A stretch of 62,920 nucleotides of DNA, the filler included, from Licmophora abbreviata (Eukaryota), in assembly GCA_900291995.1 (NCBI GenBank). It is 13 parts of 13 records of this genome, joined end to end, with 100 filler letters (N's around TTAATTAATTAA, not from the genome) between each part and the next. Parts side by side here need not be neighbours in the genome. Positions count along the whole stretch, not along the records: positions 1 to 13,990 come from OLMU01002641.1; positions 14,091 to 22,188 come from OLMU01002643.1; 11 more parts are not named here. One strand, given 5' to 3'. How positions within the stretch are numbered: the stretch's first letter is position 1; every line of letters starts with the position of its first letter. The translations under genes were made by a program, and so were the position numbers. The notes beneath the pieces were generated by a model. The model was not told the DNA's origin and ran no database searches. It worked only from the letters and a program-made list of their open reading frames with translations. This document shows positions 12,365 through 22,288 of the stretch, one piece after another.

Positions 12365-13887
12365 CTTAGTTTCACTCGCTTGTTGCTGATTCCTTCGTCT
12401 TGTGCTGACGCCATGGCCATGTCATCGTTGCCCTCTTCCTTTTGCCATGCGACAGCAAGAGTTGACACCACCTTTTTCATTCCGTCTGACTCAAATTTAT
12501 CCACGTAGTCTTTGATCTTATCCAGCCACTCGGCTGCGTACTTTTTGCTCTTGGTATCGCCAAGAGATACGAGCGTACGAGCAACACCAACGACGGCGTT
12601 TGACAAGACATGTCCCATGTGTAGCCGAAGCTGAAGGCCCTCGACGAATTGAACAAGCCGTTCTAGCGAGTCAATGCACTCTGCTACTTCTGTCAAGTCG
12701 GGAACTTCTCCGTTGGATAGCATATTGGCATGCTGAGCTTTCAGTGTCCGATCGAGTCTCACAAGCAGCATCAGATTTGTAGCCCAATGCCGTGCTCCCA
12801 CCACTGTGCTCGCTAGCTGCTGCAGTTGCTCCTCCAGCTCCTCCTGCACAGCGGATTCATCCATGCCGGATACACCCCCTTGCTCATTGAGGTGCGCGGC
12901 TACTTTCTTGCTGACAGTACGAGTAAGCTGAAGCACATGGTTCGGACTGCTGTCGCCGGGCGGCGCAGTCGTCGTCTCTCGACAGCTGGAGCACTCAACA
13001 CTGCTCACGGTGGAATCTGTAGGTACAGCATACCGAACGCTCCCCTCATCGTCGTACTGAGTATCTTCGTCCATGTACCTTCCGTGGCGTTTGTGACAGG
13101 ATGGACATGGTATCGCTGCCGCTGTATCGGCGCCCTCTCTACAGCGCTCGCACGAACAAAGAAAGTGTTTGCTCCGTTTCAGCTGCTCGCGTCGGACCCT
13201 ACCGTCAGTATAAAGAAAAAGCCCCAAGTAGGATATTGTGATTTCCTCTCCCACAGAGATGGGAGCTGCAGCACGGATAGACTGCCCATTCTCGTTACTT
13301 GGTTGTACAATGGCATTGGGGTTGCAGGAATGATTGATGCGACTTTGACGCTCGTACAGCCGCCCTCCTTCGAAGGCGTTGCAGGAGTATACCAACATTG
13401 CTTTCATAGCGTTTTCAGGCTGTTCCTTGACGAAGTTTTTCAAGGCAGAGCCCTCCGTGGCATTTTTCTGTAGAAACTTCAAGGCCTCCTTGGATGCTTC
13501 CACGATCACCCTCTCCTCGTCTTGTGCTGTGGTCGATAGGGATGGATGGTACAATTCCAAAAGTTTTGACTCCATCTCGGGAGTCCTCAGCTTTGCATAT
13601 GAAACGACTGCTTGCACCATTCCTCGAAAATTTCCCGCTTGCTCTCTTGGTACACTCGAAGGGACTTTGAGATCACTCCAGGCAGTACTCAGGGACGAAA
13701 GTTTGGCCCTTTTCTTTTTGCTCGCCGACCGGTGAAGCGCCATCAGGCAAGTATTGTCAACTGTTGCAGACCCACTCGTCAATGTCGCAAGCGGAGCAGA
13801 CTCGTGAAGAATCACATCGCCTACGGCGTATTGCCGTGTGGCAAACAAGCCAACAGAGCCTTCGGAACAGGCCCGTACTTCCGTCAT
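12361..13887 (-). CDS. SET-domain protein-lysine methyltransferase, SMYD-like
   Basis: GLFATRQYAVGDVI, SRINHSCNPN, EEITISY, post-SET FLCSCERC, and a helical C-terminal region. Confidence 0.9.
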   Translation of the reverse strand: MTEVRACSEGSVGLFATRQYAVGDVILHESAPLATLTSGSATVDNTCLMALHRSASKKKRAKLSSLSTAWSDLKVPSSVPREQAGNFRGMVQAVVSYAKLRTPEMESKLLELYHPSLSTTAQDEERVIVEASKEALKFLQKNATEGSALKNFVKEQPENAMKAMLVYSCNAFEGGRLYERQSRINHSCNPNAIVQPSNENGQSIRAAAPISVGEEITISYLGLFLYTDGRVRREQLKRSKHFLCSCERCREGADTAAAIPCPSCHKRHGRYMDEDTQYDDEGSVRYAVPTDSTVSSVECSSCRETTTAPPGDSSPNHVLQLTRTVSKKVAAHLNEQGGVSGMDESAVQEELEEQLQQLASTVVGARHWATNLMLLVRLDRTLKAQHANMLSNGEVPDLTEVAECIDSLERLVQFVEGLQLRLHMGHVLSNAVVGVARTLVSLGDTKSKKYAAEWLDKIKDYVDKFESDGMKKVVSTLAVAWQKEEGNDDMAMASAQDEGISNKRVKLS

Positions 13888-13938
13888 CGTCGTACAACGA
13901 AATGTGTTGTCGTCGAATGAATGAAAAATTCGAAAGCG

Positions 13939-13951
13939 TTTGGCGGGAAAA
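13939..13951. promoter_or_regulatory. E2F-like site TTTGGCGGGAAAA about 50 nt upstream of the SET gene start
   Basis: The reverse complement TTTTCCCGCCAAA matches the TTTSSCGC consensus. Confidence 0.35.
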
Positions 13952-13990
13952 ATGAACGGCCAAGACGTTCGGGTTATGAGCCTGATTATG

Positions 13991-14090
13991 NNNNNNNNNN
14001 NNNNNNNNNNNNNNNNNNNNNNNNNNNNNNNNNNTTAATTAATTAANNNNNNNNNNNNNNNNNNNNNNNNNNNNNNNNNNNNNNNNNNNN
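13991..14090. other. Artificial 100-nt gap spacer N44-TTAATTAATTAA-N44; identical spacers at 22189, 23891, 26595, 35112, 38679, 42177, 48742, 50920, 52668, 55226 and 60833
   Basis: Fixed-length N runs around a linker with stops in all six frames, repeated 12 times. Confidence 0.97.
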
Positions 14091-14148
14091 ATCTTTCATC
14101 GTCGACTCGTTTGACGCCTTGGATTGAGATACTGCTGTGCTTGCAACT

Positions 14149-15603
14149 ATGGCGATCGACCCAGAAGTAGAAGATGCCATCAACGCCGTCTTCATTGTGA
14201 TTTGCGGCTTTCTGTGCTTTTTCCTGCAGGCTGGCTTCGGGCTACTCGAAGTCGGCAGTGTACGGGCCAAGAATGCTCAGAATATCATGTTGAAGAACTT
14301 GATGGATGCGGCAGTGAGTGCCCTGGCGTACTGGGCTTGTGGATACGCCTTCGCTTATGGCGGTGGAGGCAATCCGTTCATCGGAACTACCAGCTTCTTC
14401 CTCATTGACTCTGAAGACTATCTCAACTGGTTCTTTCAGTATGTCTTTGCGGGAACCACGGCAACTATCGTATCAGGCGCAGTAGCGGAGCGGTGTCGAT
14501 TCCGTGCCTACTTGATCTACAGCACGATCCTGTCGGGGTTTATCTACCCGGTTGTGTGTCACTGGATCTGGTCTTCCGACGGGTTCCTCTTTGGAAAGGT
14601 CGCAGATTATGCTGGCAGTGGTGCCGTTCACTTGGTCGGTGGTGCTGCCGCCATGGCCGGGTCCTATTGGCTCGGTCCTCGTATCGGAAAGTTCGTAAAG
14701 AACGAGGAAACAGGAAAGATCGAAGCCAATGAAATTCCCGGACATAACCTCGTTCTTGCCGCGCTCGGGGCCTTCATTCTCTGGATGGGGTTCTTTCCAT
14801 TCAACGGAGCCTCGGGATACGATATTGTGGGCGAAGAACTTATTGTCACCTCGCGCGCGATTGTTGTGACGACTCTGGCGGGATCTGCTGGAGCAGTATC
14901 ATCGCTTCTATACGGGCTTTGGCGTTATGGGGCGTGGGATATGGCGTATGCCGTCAATGGGCTTCTGGGTGGCATGGTTGCAACCTGCTCCGGAGTCAAC
15001 GTGTATGATACATGGATAGCTATTTGCGTCGGTATGTTGGGTGCGGCGGGCACGTATCTCCAGATTGCTCTGTTTGAGAATGTGCTGCACATCGACGACC
15101 CCCTTAATGCCTCGGCGGTACACCAGGGAGCGGGAATTGTTGGACTCCTCTCGGTCGGCTTTTTTGCCAACAGCGACTACGTGGGCGGCGACAAAGACCT
15201 TGCTGGTGTCTTCTACGGTGGAAACGGAAAACAGTTAGGATACCAGCTCTACGGTTTGGTGGTCTACTTTTCCTGGGCGTTTGGAACATCGTCTATCATG
15301 TTCTTTACGTTAAAACGTCTGGGGTGGCTTCGTGTATCGGAAGAAGTTGAATGAATGGGTATGGATGTGCATCACCACGGCGGAACGGCGTATCGCCTGG
15401 ACAGTGTCACTGACAAGCAATTGTCGGACGTTTTGGAAGCCTTGCGAAGAAGCGGCGACTTTGGTACCAATTCTGACGAGGTAGAGCAAGTTCGAGACGA
15501 TGAAGAGGGAGGAGAGCACGTGGAACATATCCCAAAGCCCGAAGAGGCCCGCACTTCGCTTCGCAAAAGGCGTGCCTCGGCGGTCCTCCCCGGTGCGGGG
15601 TAG
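14149..15603 (+). CDS. AMT: Ammonium transporter (AMT family) with an in-frame TGA at 15352-15354 in the C-terminal tail
   Basis: LQAGFGLLEVGSVRAKNAQNIMLKN, FFQYVFAGTTATIVSGAVAER, and the two pore His in DYAGSGAVH and DDPLNASAVH. The tail reads LRVSEEVE*MGMDVHHHGG in one frame. Confidence 0.93.
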
Positions 15604-15750
15604 CGACCTCTCTATTCTTTGTAATTTTGTTTTCTTTATGTATGCAGAGATACAGGACTCATCAGTGAATACAATCAAGAAGCAAGGCTGTAGTCAACGC
15701 AGTTACGATATTCCGTATGCATAGCTTATCACGAGCCTATTTCAATTGTC

Positions 15751-17303
15751 TCAGTATTCGTTGCGTGGTTCATTGGACACGCGATCAAGGAGAGCTGTCA
15801 CGCGTTTCTTCACGGCGTCAATCTGTTTTTGTGACCCTTCAATCAGCAAAACTCGTCGCACCTGATCCACATGCATTTTGGTCCCCGTCGAACGCTGCAT
15901 AGAGATAATTGTAGCACCACGTCGACCAATGACGATACCCACATGATTCCCCAGCTCCATTTCGTCGTGCAATATCTCCGCCGATTCGCCTTCCTCCTCC
16001 TCTGGTAGTCCAGAAGTACTTCCCAGGCGATTTCGTGCCCAAAATTTGGTCTGTCGATCATTGCTACCGGTGGCGAGCATGTGACCGGACGGATGCCATT
16101 GCAAGTCCCAAATGGCCATGTCGTGAGCGTACGGCACTTTGGCCATGGGCTCTTCGGAGCCCTTTGGACCAATGTTCCAGTGCATGAGCGTTCCATCCAT
16201 ACCACCCGAGGCAAAGACAGACTCGAAGAGTGGATGCCAAGCAAGCGACGTGACTTCCTTGTTGTGCCCTTTGAGCGATACAAGTTCCTTCCTATTCGAC
16301 GTGGAAGAACAATAGCAAGGGTGAGTTTTTGGTAAATCGGCAATATTCAAAATGACACTTTGGCGAAAACGTACATGGCTCGAATGTCGTATACTTTGAT
16401 AAGCTGATCCCGACTCGCAGTCAAGAGCCAGTTGCCATTGTCGTTCCACGCCACCTTGGTGACTGTATTCTTGTGCCCATACAGAGTACTCAAGGTTGAT
16501 CCCGCACGAGGGTCCCATAGTTTTACGAGATTATCCTTGGAGGCAGTGCAAATGACGCTACTTCGCGGATGCCACTGAACACATTTGACGTCCCATCCGT
16601 GGCCTTCTAGCACTCGTTCTTCTGTGTGCGATGCCCAATCCCACACGCGCACGGTAGCGTCGTCGCCACAGCTGACAAACTTGGTGTCCGCGGGCGAGAA
16701 ACTCAGGGCGTGTATTGCTTGACCGCCGTGTGAGTCTAAACTCTGCACTGGCGCAATACTGGGAGACCAATACTTGATATTTCCACCAGCATCACTCGTC
16801 AAGAGATAGTTCTTGTTGTGCGACCATTCCATACACCGAAACGACACATCGTGTGCCGACATGATGAGTTCAAAGCCAAAGGAAATTCCATCCCACAGGG
16901 TGAATTCGCCTTCTTGATTTCCCGTGAGCAACCGACGACCCCCGGGAGTCCAACTGAGACACATAATGGGAGTCGAGTTCTTCGCCCGCGTGACATGAGC
17001 CAAGTGCGTCAGTAACGCCGTGCTGCAGTTGGGTGACGCTACACTGGAAATGGGCATGCCCATGAGTCGTAAATACGACGAGTGTGGCTGCTGATAATCA
17101 TAGAAATCTCTCTGACCAGGCTTTCGATACAATCGATGAGTAAGATCCAGGACTGCGGGGGTGTGATAATCGATGCATTTGCGCTTCAAATTTCGCTCGG
17201 CGGCCTGCTGCTCGGCATCTTCGGCCTCGGCAGCACCATTGCTTGCGTGTGTGCCTCGTGAGCCGCCGCCGCCTCCACGGCCTCCCCCAAAACCGGAACT
17301 CAT
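15751..17303 (-). CDS. WDR33: Pre-mRNA 3'-end processing factor WDR33/Pfs2/FY (WD40) with a C-terminal KH domain; intron 16374-16292
   Basis: RKCIDY, WTPGGRRLLTGNQEGEFTLW, LEGHGWDVKCVQWHP, LATGSNDRQTKFWARNR. The C-terminus has VGIVIGRRGATI (KH GxxG loop). Confidence 0.92.
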
Positions 17304-17805
17304 TGCAGACTTCGTGTGTGAGAAGAGATGGGCCGACTGAGAGCGTCGATTCAAAGACAGGAGGCGTGTTTTGCTGGGTATATGGTGTAGTCTAGTGTGT
17401 CTTACTCCGTACTCGTATGTCTTTTGAGATGAGGATTGATTGTGATATGAGATGCGACGACGGCCAGGCACAATAGATACTTCCGGGGGACGGACAGTAT
17501 GTATGTTTGTTGGCGCGCCGTTTAGCCTCAACACTTGGAGTAGTGTGTATGGAATTGCACGTGGACCGGGATGTATTTCAACGTCATGTGTGTCTGCCCA
17601 CAGTCAGGATCATCACAAGCCTACGCTTCCATCTAGTTGATGCTCTTAGGAGGGTGAACTTTACCTTAGGGATGTTCTCTACGAGCGGGATTAGTCAGAT
17701 TCGTGCCGGTATAGGGTTCGAGCCGAGCACACTTCTAGTGTTCCTATGTCACGCACCCGATCAAATTTACATCCACTCCGTCAACCGCCGCGCAGACATC
17801 TCCAC

Positions 17806-18240
17806 TCAGCTTTCTCTTGCTTCCTCTTCTCTCCTACGCTTCTCCTCCAGCCACTCCTCTTTTCGTTCTCGAGTCATGTCGATTCGAAGTTTGTCCGTGA
17901 GTCCGAATCCATTGTATTCGCCTTCGACTTCCCCCGACGGCTTGTACTTGCGTTTGCCGTAGAAAATCTCACCGTTGCCCATGCGTTTGTTAAAAAAGTC
18001 GTCGATGACATCGTCCATGTTGCGGAACATGTCGGAAAATTCTCGGAGGGGGTTGAAGAATGCGTCGCCGCCGTCATTGTCACCGTCTTGCGTCATGCGA
18101 GGGCAACTGATGATGAGGGACTTCTGAAGCTGCTGATTTCGTGTCGAAAACCCATGCGCACGGGCTGCTAAGAAACAGACGAGCAAGAGGAGGAAGGAAC
18201 TTGTTGTTTTCGTCATGGTGGTCGTCTTCTTCGATCTCAT
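17806..18240 (-). CDS. Small hypothetical protein with a bipartite plastid-type presequence
   Basis: Hydrophobic signal FLLLLVCFLAARAHGF, an ordered core FFNKRMGNGEIFYGKRKY and a charged C-terminus. Confidence 0.65.
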   Translation of the reverse strand: MRSKKTTTMTKTTSSFLLLLVCFLAARAHGFSTRNQQLQKSLIISCPRMTQDGDNDGGDAFFNPLREFSDMFRNMDDVIDDFFNKRMGNGEIFYGKRKYKPSGEVEGEYNGFGLTDKLRIDMTRERKEEWLEEKRRREEEARES

Positions 18241-18362
18241 GGTCAGTGATGTCGCAGTGAGTGTGCCTGAGAGGCGCGCACAATGATCTGACGTGGCATT
18301 CGCGGCTTTTAGTCAACGGCGGGAGCTCGAGCCGGTGACCGGACAAGTAGATTGCTTCGCAA

Positions 18363-19731
18363 TTAGTTTGCCCCGTGTTTCAGCTTTCGCCAAACTTTCG
18401 TGCCAAGAGATTTCGATTCGTCTATCGTTCCATCTTCTGGTCCAAACAGCAGTCTTGTCAATTCCACAAACTGGCCAGGCGTCAGTTCCTCAGGCCGTTT
18501 CGAGGCCCAATCATCGCTAAGTTCTTGATTCTCAGCAAAGACGTCGCCACTTCTCCGAGCCTCTTTGATACTCTCGGGCAGTGGCAGAGGCGGCGACTGC
18601 AATAGAGCTTGTGCCTGTTCTGAATCTCTCTCACACAGCTCCAGGACCAGCTTTTTCAACGAGTTTCGTACCGTTTTGCGTCGCTGGCGAAAGGCCGTCG
18701 TCACGACGCGTCTGAGATTGGAAGGGTCGACGCCAGCGAGCCGTTCTCGCAAACGTGTCGGTCCCAGAAAGTGCAAACCAACCAGCGCAGAGTCGACTTT
18801 TGGTTGCGGGTAAAAGACGGTAGGAGGAATCTTAAAGTGCAAGTGAACGTCGGCGTACAGTTGAAAGACAACACTCAGAATACCATAATCCTTTATAAAA
18901 CAGCAGAGAGAAAGCAACGCGATAGAAACGAGTGAGAGACAAGGAGGGGAGAGAAAACTTTCGGTCGTCGCCTCAAGAACGCACTTTGGTTCTAGTTGGA
19001 GCCACCATTCGTTGGGCCACCTCCCACTGCATGGTGACTGTAGCACTGTTCACGGCGCCAAAGTGACTTGCATCAGCCAGAGCAAACAAGATTTGACTCG
19101 TAATGTAGTAGGGCAAGTTCCCAATCACCACGAGAGGCTGACCTTCTTCTTTCGCCATTTCTGGATAGTTCATTTGCAGGACGTCCGCGTAATGCACCAC
19201 CAGTTTAGGATGCCGTTCTTGCAAAAGTTCGACCGATCGCGGATCGACTTCGATACACTGCAGCACATCAGTTCCATATTGCTGCACCAGCGGATCAGTC
19301 AAGGCACCGGCACCAGGTCCCAGTTCGACAATGCGATTCAGAGACAATTCAACATTGTTGTTCCATGTCGTGGCATCCTTGTGAAACGCACGAAGAATCT
19401 TGGCCACTGTATTGCCGTCGCGTAGAAAGTTCTGTCCAAGCGATTGTTTCGGTCGAAATGAGCCTGACGGGAGCGTCGGTGTCGCAGATGCCTCGGTGCC
19501 AACGACCGCGACTTCCGAATTGGAAGGAGGATTGAAGCTTGGGTCGTCCTCCTCCCATTCCCACTCTCCATCGTCTCGTTGGACCCACCCCCAAAGTCGT
19601 GTCTGGGGTGATGCTGATGTGCAACGGTACGACGAACGCACAGCCGACGATGTATCAAAAATACTGAATCCATACGAGCCTCTGGCTAAGCAGACCGTTA
19701 GCATTACAATACAAAGTTCAGCGAACGGCAT
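18363..19731 (-). CDS. ksgA: Organellar 16S rRNA m6,2A dimethyltransferase KsgA/RsmA; intron 18984-18891
   Basis: PKQSLGQNFL, VELGPGAGALT, VIGNLPYYITS, MQWEVAQRM, FYPQPKVDSA, AFRQRRKTVRNSL; N-terminal signal ending YGF. Confidence 0.93.
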
Positions 19732-19983
19732 TTCTCTTCTTTTATCGAGCGTAATGGCTCAACAAGCAAGGACAAGGCAACGGCGCAGGTCGCTGTTCAA
19801 TGATGTGAAGCATCAACATGATTTACCTTTTATGGCGCGCCATTTCTTGGCTCATCTCGAACGCGATGAATGGCTGCGCGACGAAAGAGAAGATATCGGA
19901 GCGTGGAGCTCGAATCGGTGTCAACTGACATTTTACAATTTCGTCCGTTTATCAGTGTGACATAGGTGCGACATCCACCATAC

Positions 19984-19995
19984 TTTGGCGCCAAA
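19984..19995. promoter_or_regulatory. Palindromic E2F-like site TTTGGCGCCAAA in the divergent promoter between ksgA and the PLP enzyme
   Basis: Perfect 12-bp palindrome; a second palindrome ATGGCGCGCCAT lies at 19832-19843. Confidence 0.35.
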
Positions 19996-20052
19996 AAAGT
20001 CCAAACCGCGGCGCAGCATCTCTTGAAGCATGATGAATTCCTAAAAGGAAAC

Positions 20053-21576
20053 ATGCGGTCTATGAGACGATCACAGAGTCTATTCTCATTGATAGGGAGA
20101 CTACTCATGATAAGTATAGTCGCTACCTCATCTCGAATCATCTCAGGCTTCGTAGGACGTTCAGATATCTGTTGTTTGAGACCAACTAGAGCTGTGGCTT
20201 CGATGAGCCCGTCGTCAGCAGTCAGCGCGACGGACTGTCGCATCATTCACCTAAATCACGCCGGTGCCTCTCCTTCTCCACCCTCCGTCTTCAATCGTGT
20301 CATACAGCACATGGAACTCGAACAGAAAGTCGGGGGCTATGCTGCCGCTCAACAAGTCAAAGACGAACTTCAGCACGCCCGACGCACCATTGCCCGCCTC
20401 ATAGGCGCCGACAATCCAGACGAGATTGCCTTGGTGGAAAGTGCGACTGTGGCATGGACGCGCCTATTTTACTCCATGGTGGAGTACCAAGATCGTATGA
20501 AAATAGATAAAACAAAGATCATTCTCGTGAGTGAAGCCGAGTATGCTGCCAATGTGGTGGCTTGCTGTCAATGGGCCAAGGATCATGGCGAAAAGTGGAC
20601 AGTCTTACCCATTCCGTCGAGACGAGATGAGGAAAATGGATCGACGGGGATCATTGATCTAGAAAGCTTTCAAGATATGCTTCAGGGGAGATTTGTAATC
20701 GAATCTGGGACAGCATCAATGGTGATGGACCCGTCCGCGATCGCCATGGTGTGCGTGACACATGTGCCGACTAACTCTGGAATCGTCAATCCTGTAGCGG
20801 AGATCGGCGCAATGATCGAAGTACACAATCAAGAGTGGATACAACGAGATGGCCATTCCATGCCACCCATACTATACTTGGTGGACGCATGTCAGAGTGT
20901 CGGGCAGTTTCCGGTGGACGCTGTGGCAATGCTCTGTCATGGACTGACGGCGACGGGTCGCAAGTATCTTCGTGCACCACGGGGTACAGGGTTCTTGTAC
21001 GCTCCATTGAACGTTTGCAAACATCTGAGACCGAGTCATATGGACCATTACTGTGCGCCTGTAGTAGCGTTACCATCAAGAAAAGACTCGTTGAGTGGTG
21101 GTCTAGAACACTCTATTGAGTACAAGTTTCGCGACGGGGCGGGCCGTTTTGAGTTTTGGGAATCCAACGTGGCCAACAAATTGGGATTGGCCGAAGCCGC
21201 AAGATATGCTCTCGACACCATCGGTGTAAAAAACATTGGAAACAAGTGCTCAGAGCTGGCGTTAGATTTGCGATCACGGTTACAAGCCATGGATTCTGTC
21301 AATGTCCATCACAAGGAAGGTTCCTGTGGAATTGTCACATTTTCGATTGTAGGCGTAGTCGATGTCGAGAAAGTAAAGGAGTTGCTGTGGCTCGGCGACG
21401 AATCTGACCTCAAGTTTGAAGTGAGTGTCGTCCCAGCAACGTCGACGCCCATTGATTCCGCGCAAAGCCAGGTCCCCAATCTACTTCGAGCCTCCATGAG
21501 CTATACCAACACACCCGGCGAAATTGATGCCTTCTGCGAGAGACTGCAACATATTATAGAGCCACAAAATGTTTAA
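20053..21576 (+). CDS. Class V PLP-dependent enzyme (cysteine desulfurase / EgtE-like C-S lyase family) with a targeting presequence
   Basis: HLNHAGAS, DEIALVESATVAW, THVPTNSGIVNP, LVDACQSVGQ, the PLP-Lys motif ATGRKYLRAPRGTGFLY, and RASMSYTNT. Confidence 0.85.
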   Translation: MRSMRRSQSLFSLIGRLLMISIVATSSRIISGFVGRSDICCLRPTRAVASMSPSSAVSATDCRIIHLNHAGASPSPPSVFNRVIQHMELEQKVGGYAAAQQVKDELQHARRTIARLIGADNPDEIALVESATVAWTRLFYSMVEYQDRMKIDKTKIILVSEAEYAANVVACCQWAKDHGEKWTVLPIPSRRDEENGSTGIIDLESFQDMLQGRFVIESGTASMVMDPSAIAMVCVTHVPTNSGIVNPVAEIGAMIEVHNQEWIQRDGHSMPPILYLVDACQSVGQFPVDAVAMLCHGLTATGRKYLRAPRGTGFLYAPLNVCKHLRPSHMDHYCAPVVALPSRKDSLSGGLEHSIEYKFRDGAGRFEFWESNVANKLGLAEAARYALDTIGVKNIGNKCSELALDLRSRLQAMDSVNVHHKEGSCGIVTFSIVGVVDVEKVKELLWLGDESDLKFEVSVVPATSTPIDSAQSQVPNLLRASMSYTNTPGEIDAFCERLQHIIEPQNV

Positions 21577-21580
21577 TAAT

Positions 21581-22188
21581 TTATTCAATAATGGTTTCAG
21601 GATCGCGGACTTTCTTAGCAAACGACCCCATTCGCTCGATGTACCGTTCCAGAGACTCGCTGTAAAATGCAATTGCACGAAGGTGCTGCATGAGTCCATT
21701 CTCGCCAGTATCAACGTAGACAGCTTCGAGCGACATCTCGTAGAGGCGGCTCAGTTGCTCGGTGAAGAGCTCTAGTACCCCTTGATGAGTCTGAAACGTT
21801 TCGCGGTGAGCCTCATCGTTGCGAAGCCCATAGGCTGCAACGTAGGAGTATTTGAGGAACCTTCGGCATTCGAAAAGCTTATCTCCTGCCGTACTCAGAC
21901 TGTTGATATCGTCTCGGTCAAGTAGGCGAAAGCGCTCTGATAGCTTTTGAAGTCTCTCTTCGTTTTCTTCTACTTGCTTCCTCGCAAAATATTCGGCGTC
22001 TTCGTGGGCTTGGAAGCGTTCAGTGAAGAACAACTTTCGCTTCTCGTCGCCCGAGTCGGCACTTGCGATCGGATCGTATCGATTGCATGTGTGCGCCATT
22101 AAGTGGGAGTCGAGCCGAGCCAGACATAGCCAGCAAAACTCATGTTGGCAGCGAGAGCAAGTGATATGGTTACACCCACCATCCTTCT
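21581..22188 (-). CDS. C-terminal part (RING2 plus Ariadne domain) of an Ariadne-type RBR E3 ubiquitin ligase; 5' part lies in the gap
   Basis: KDGGCNHITCSRCQHEFCWLC (RING2 with catalytic Cys), HTCNRY, LFECRRFLKYSYVAAY and LELFTEQLS. Confidence 0.88.
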
Positions 22189-22288
22189 NNNNNNNNNNNN
22201 NNNNNNNNNNNNNNNNNNNNNNNNNNNNNNNNTTAATTAATTAANNNNNNNNNNNNNNNNNNNNNNNNNNNNNNNNNNNNNNNNNNNN

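Noticed and set aside
15352..15750. Selenocysteine reading of the AMT TGA
   Set aside because: The position is not a Cys or redox site, and I found no convincing SECIS (AUGA..AA..GA kink-turn) in the short 3' region. Other genes here use TGA as a normal stop, so a genome-wide code change is also unsupported.
17690..17740. GGGTTCGAGCC resembling a tRNA T-loop
   Set aside because: No acceptor stem, D-arm or anticodon arm can be folded around it.
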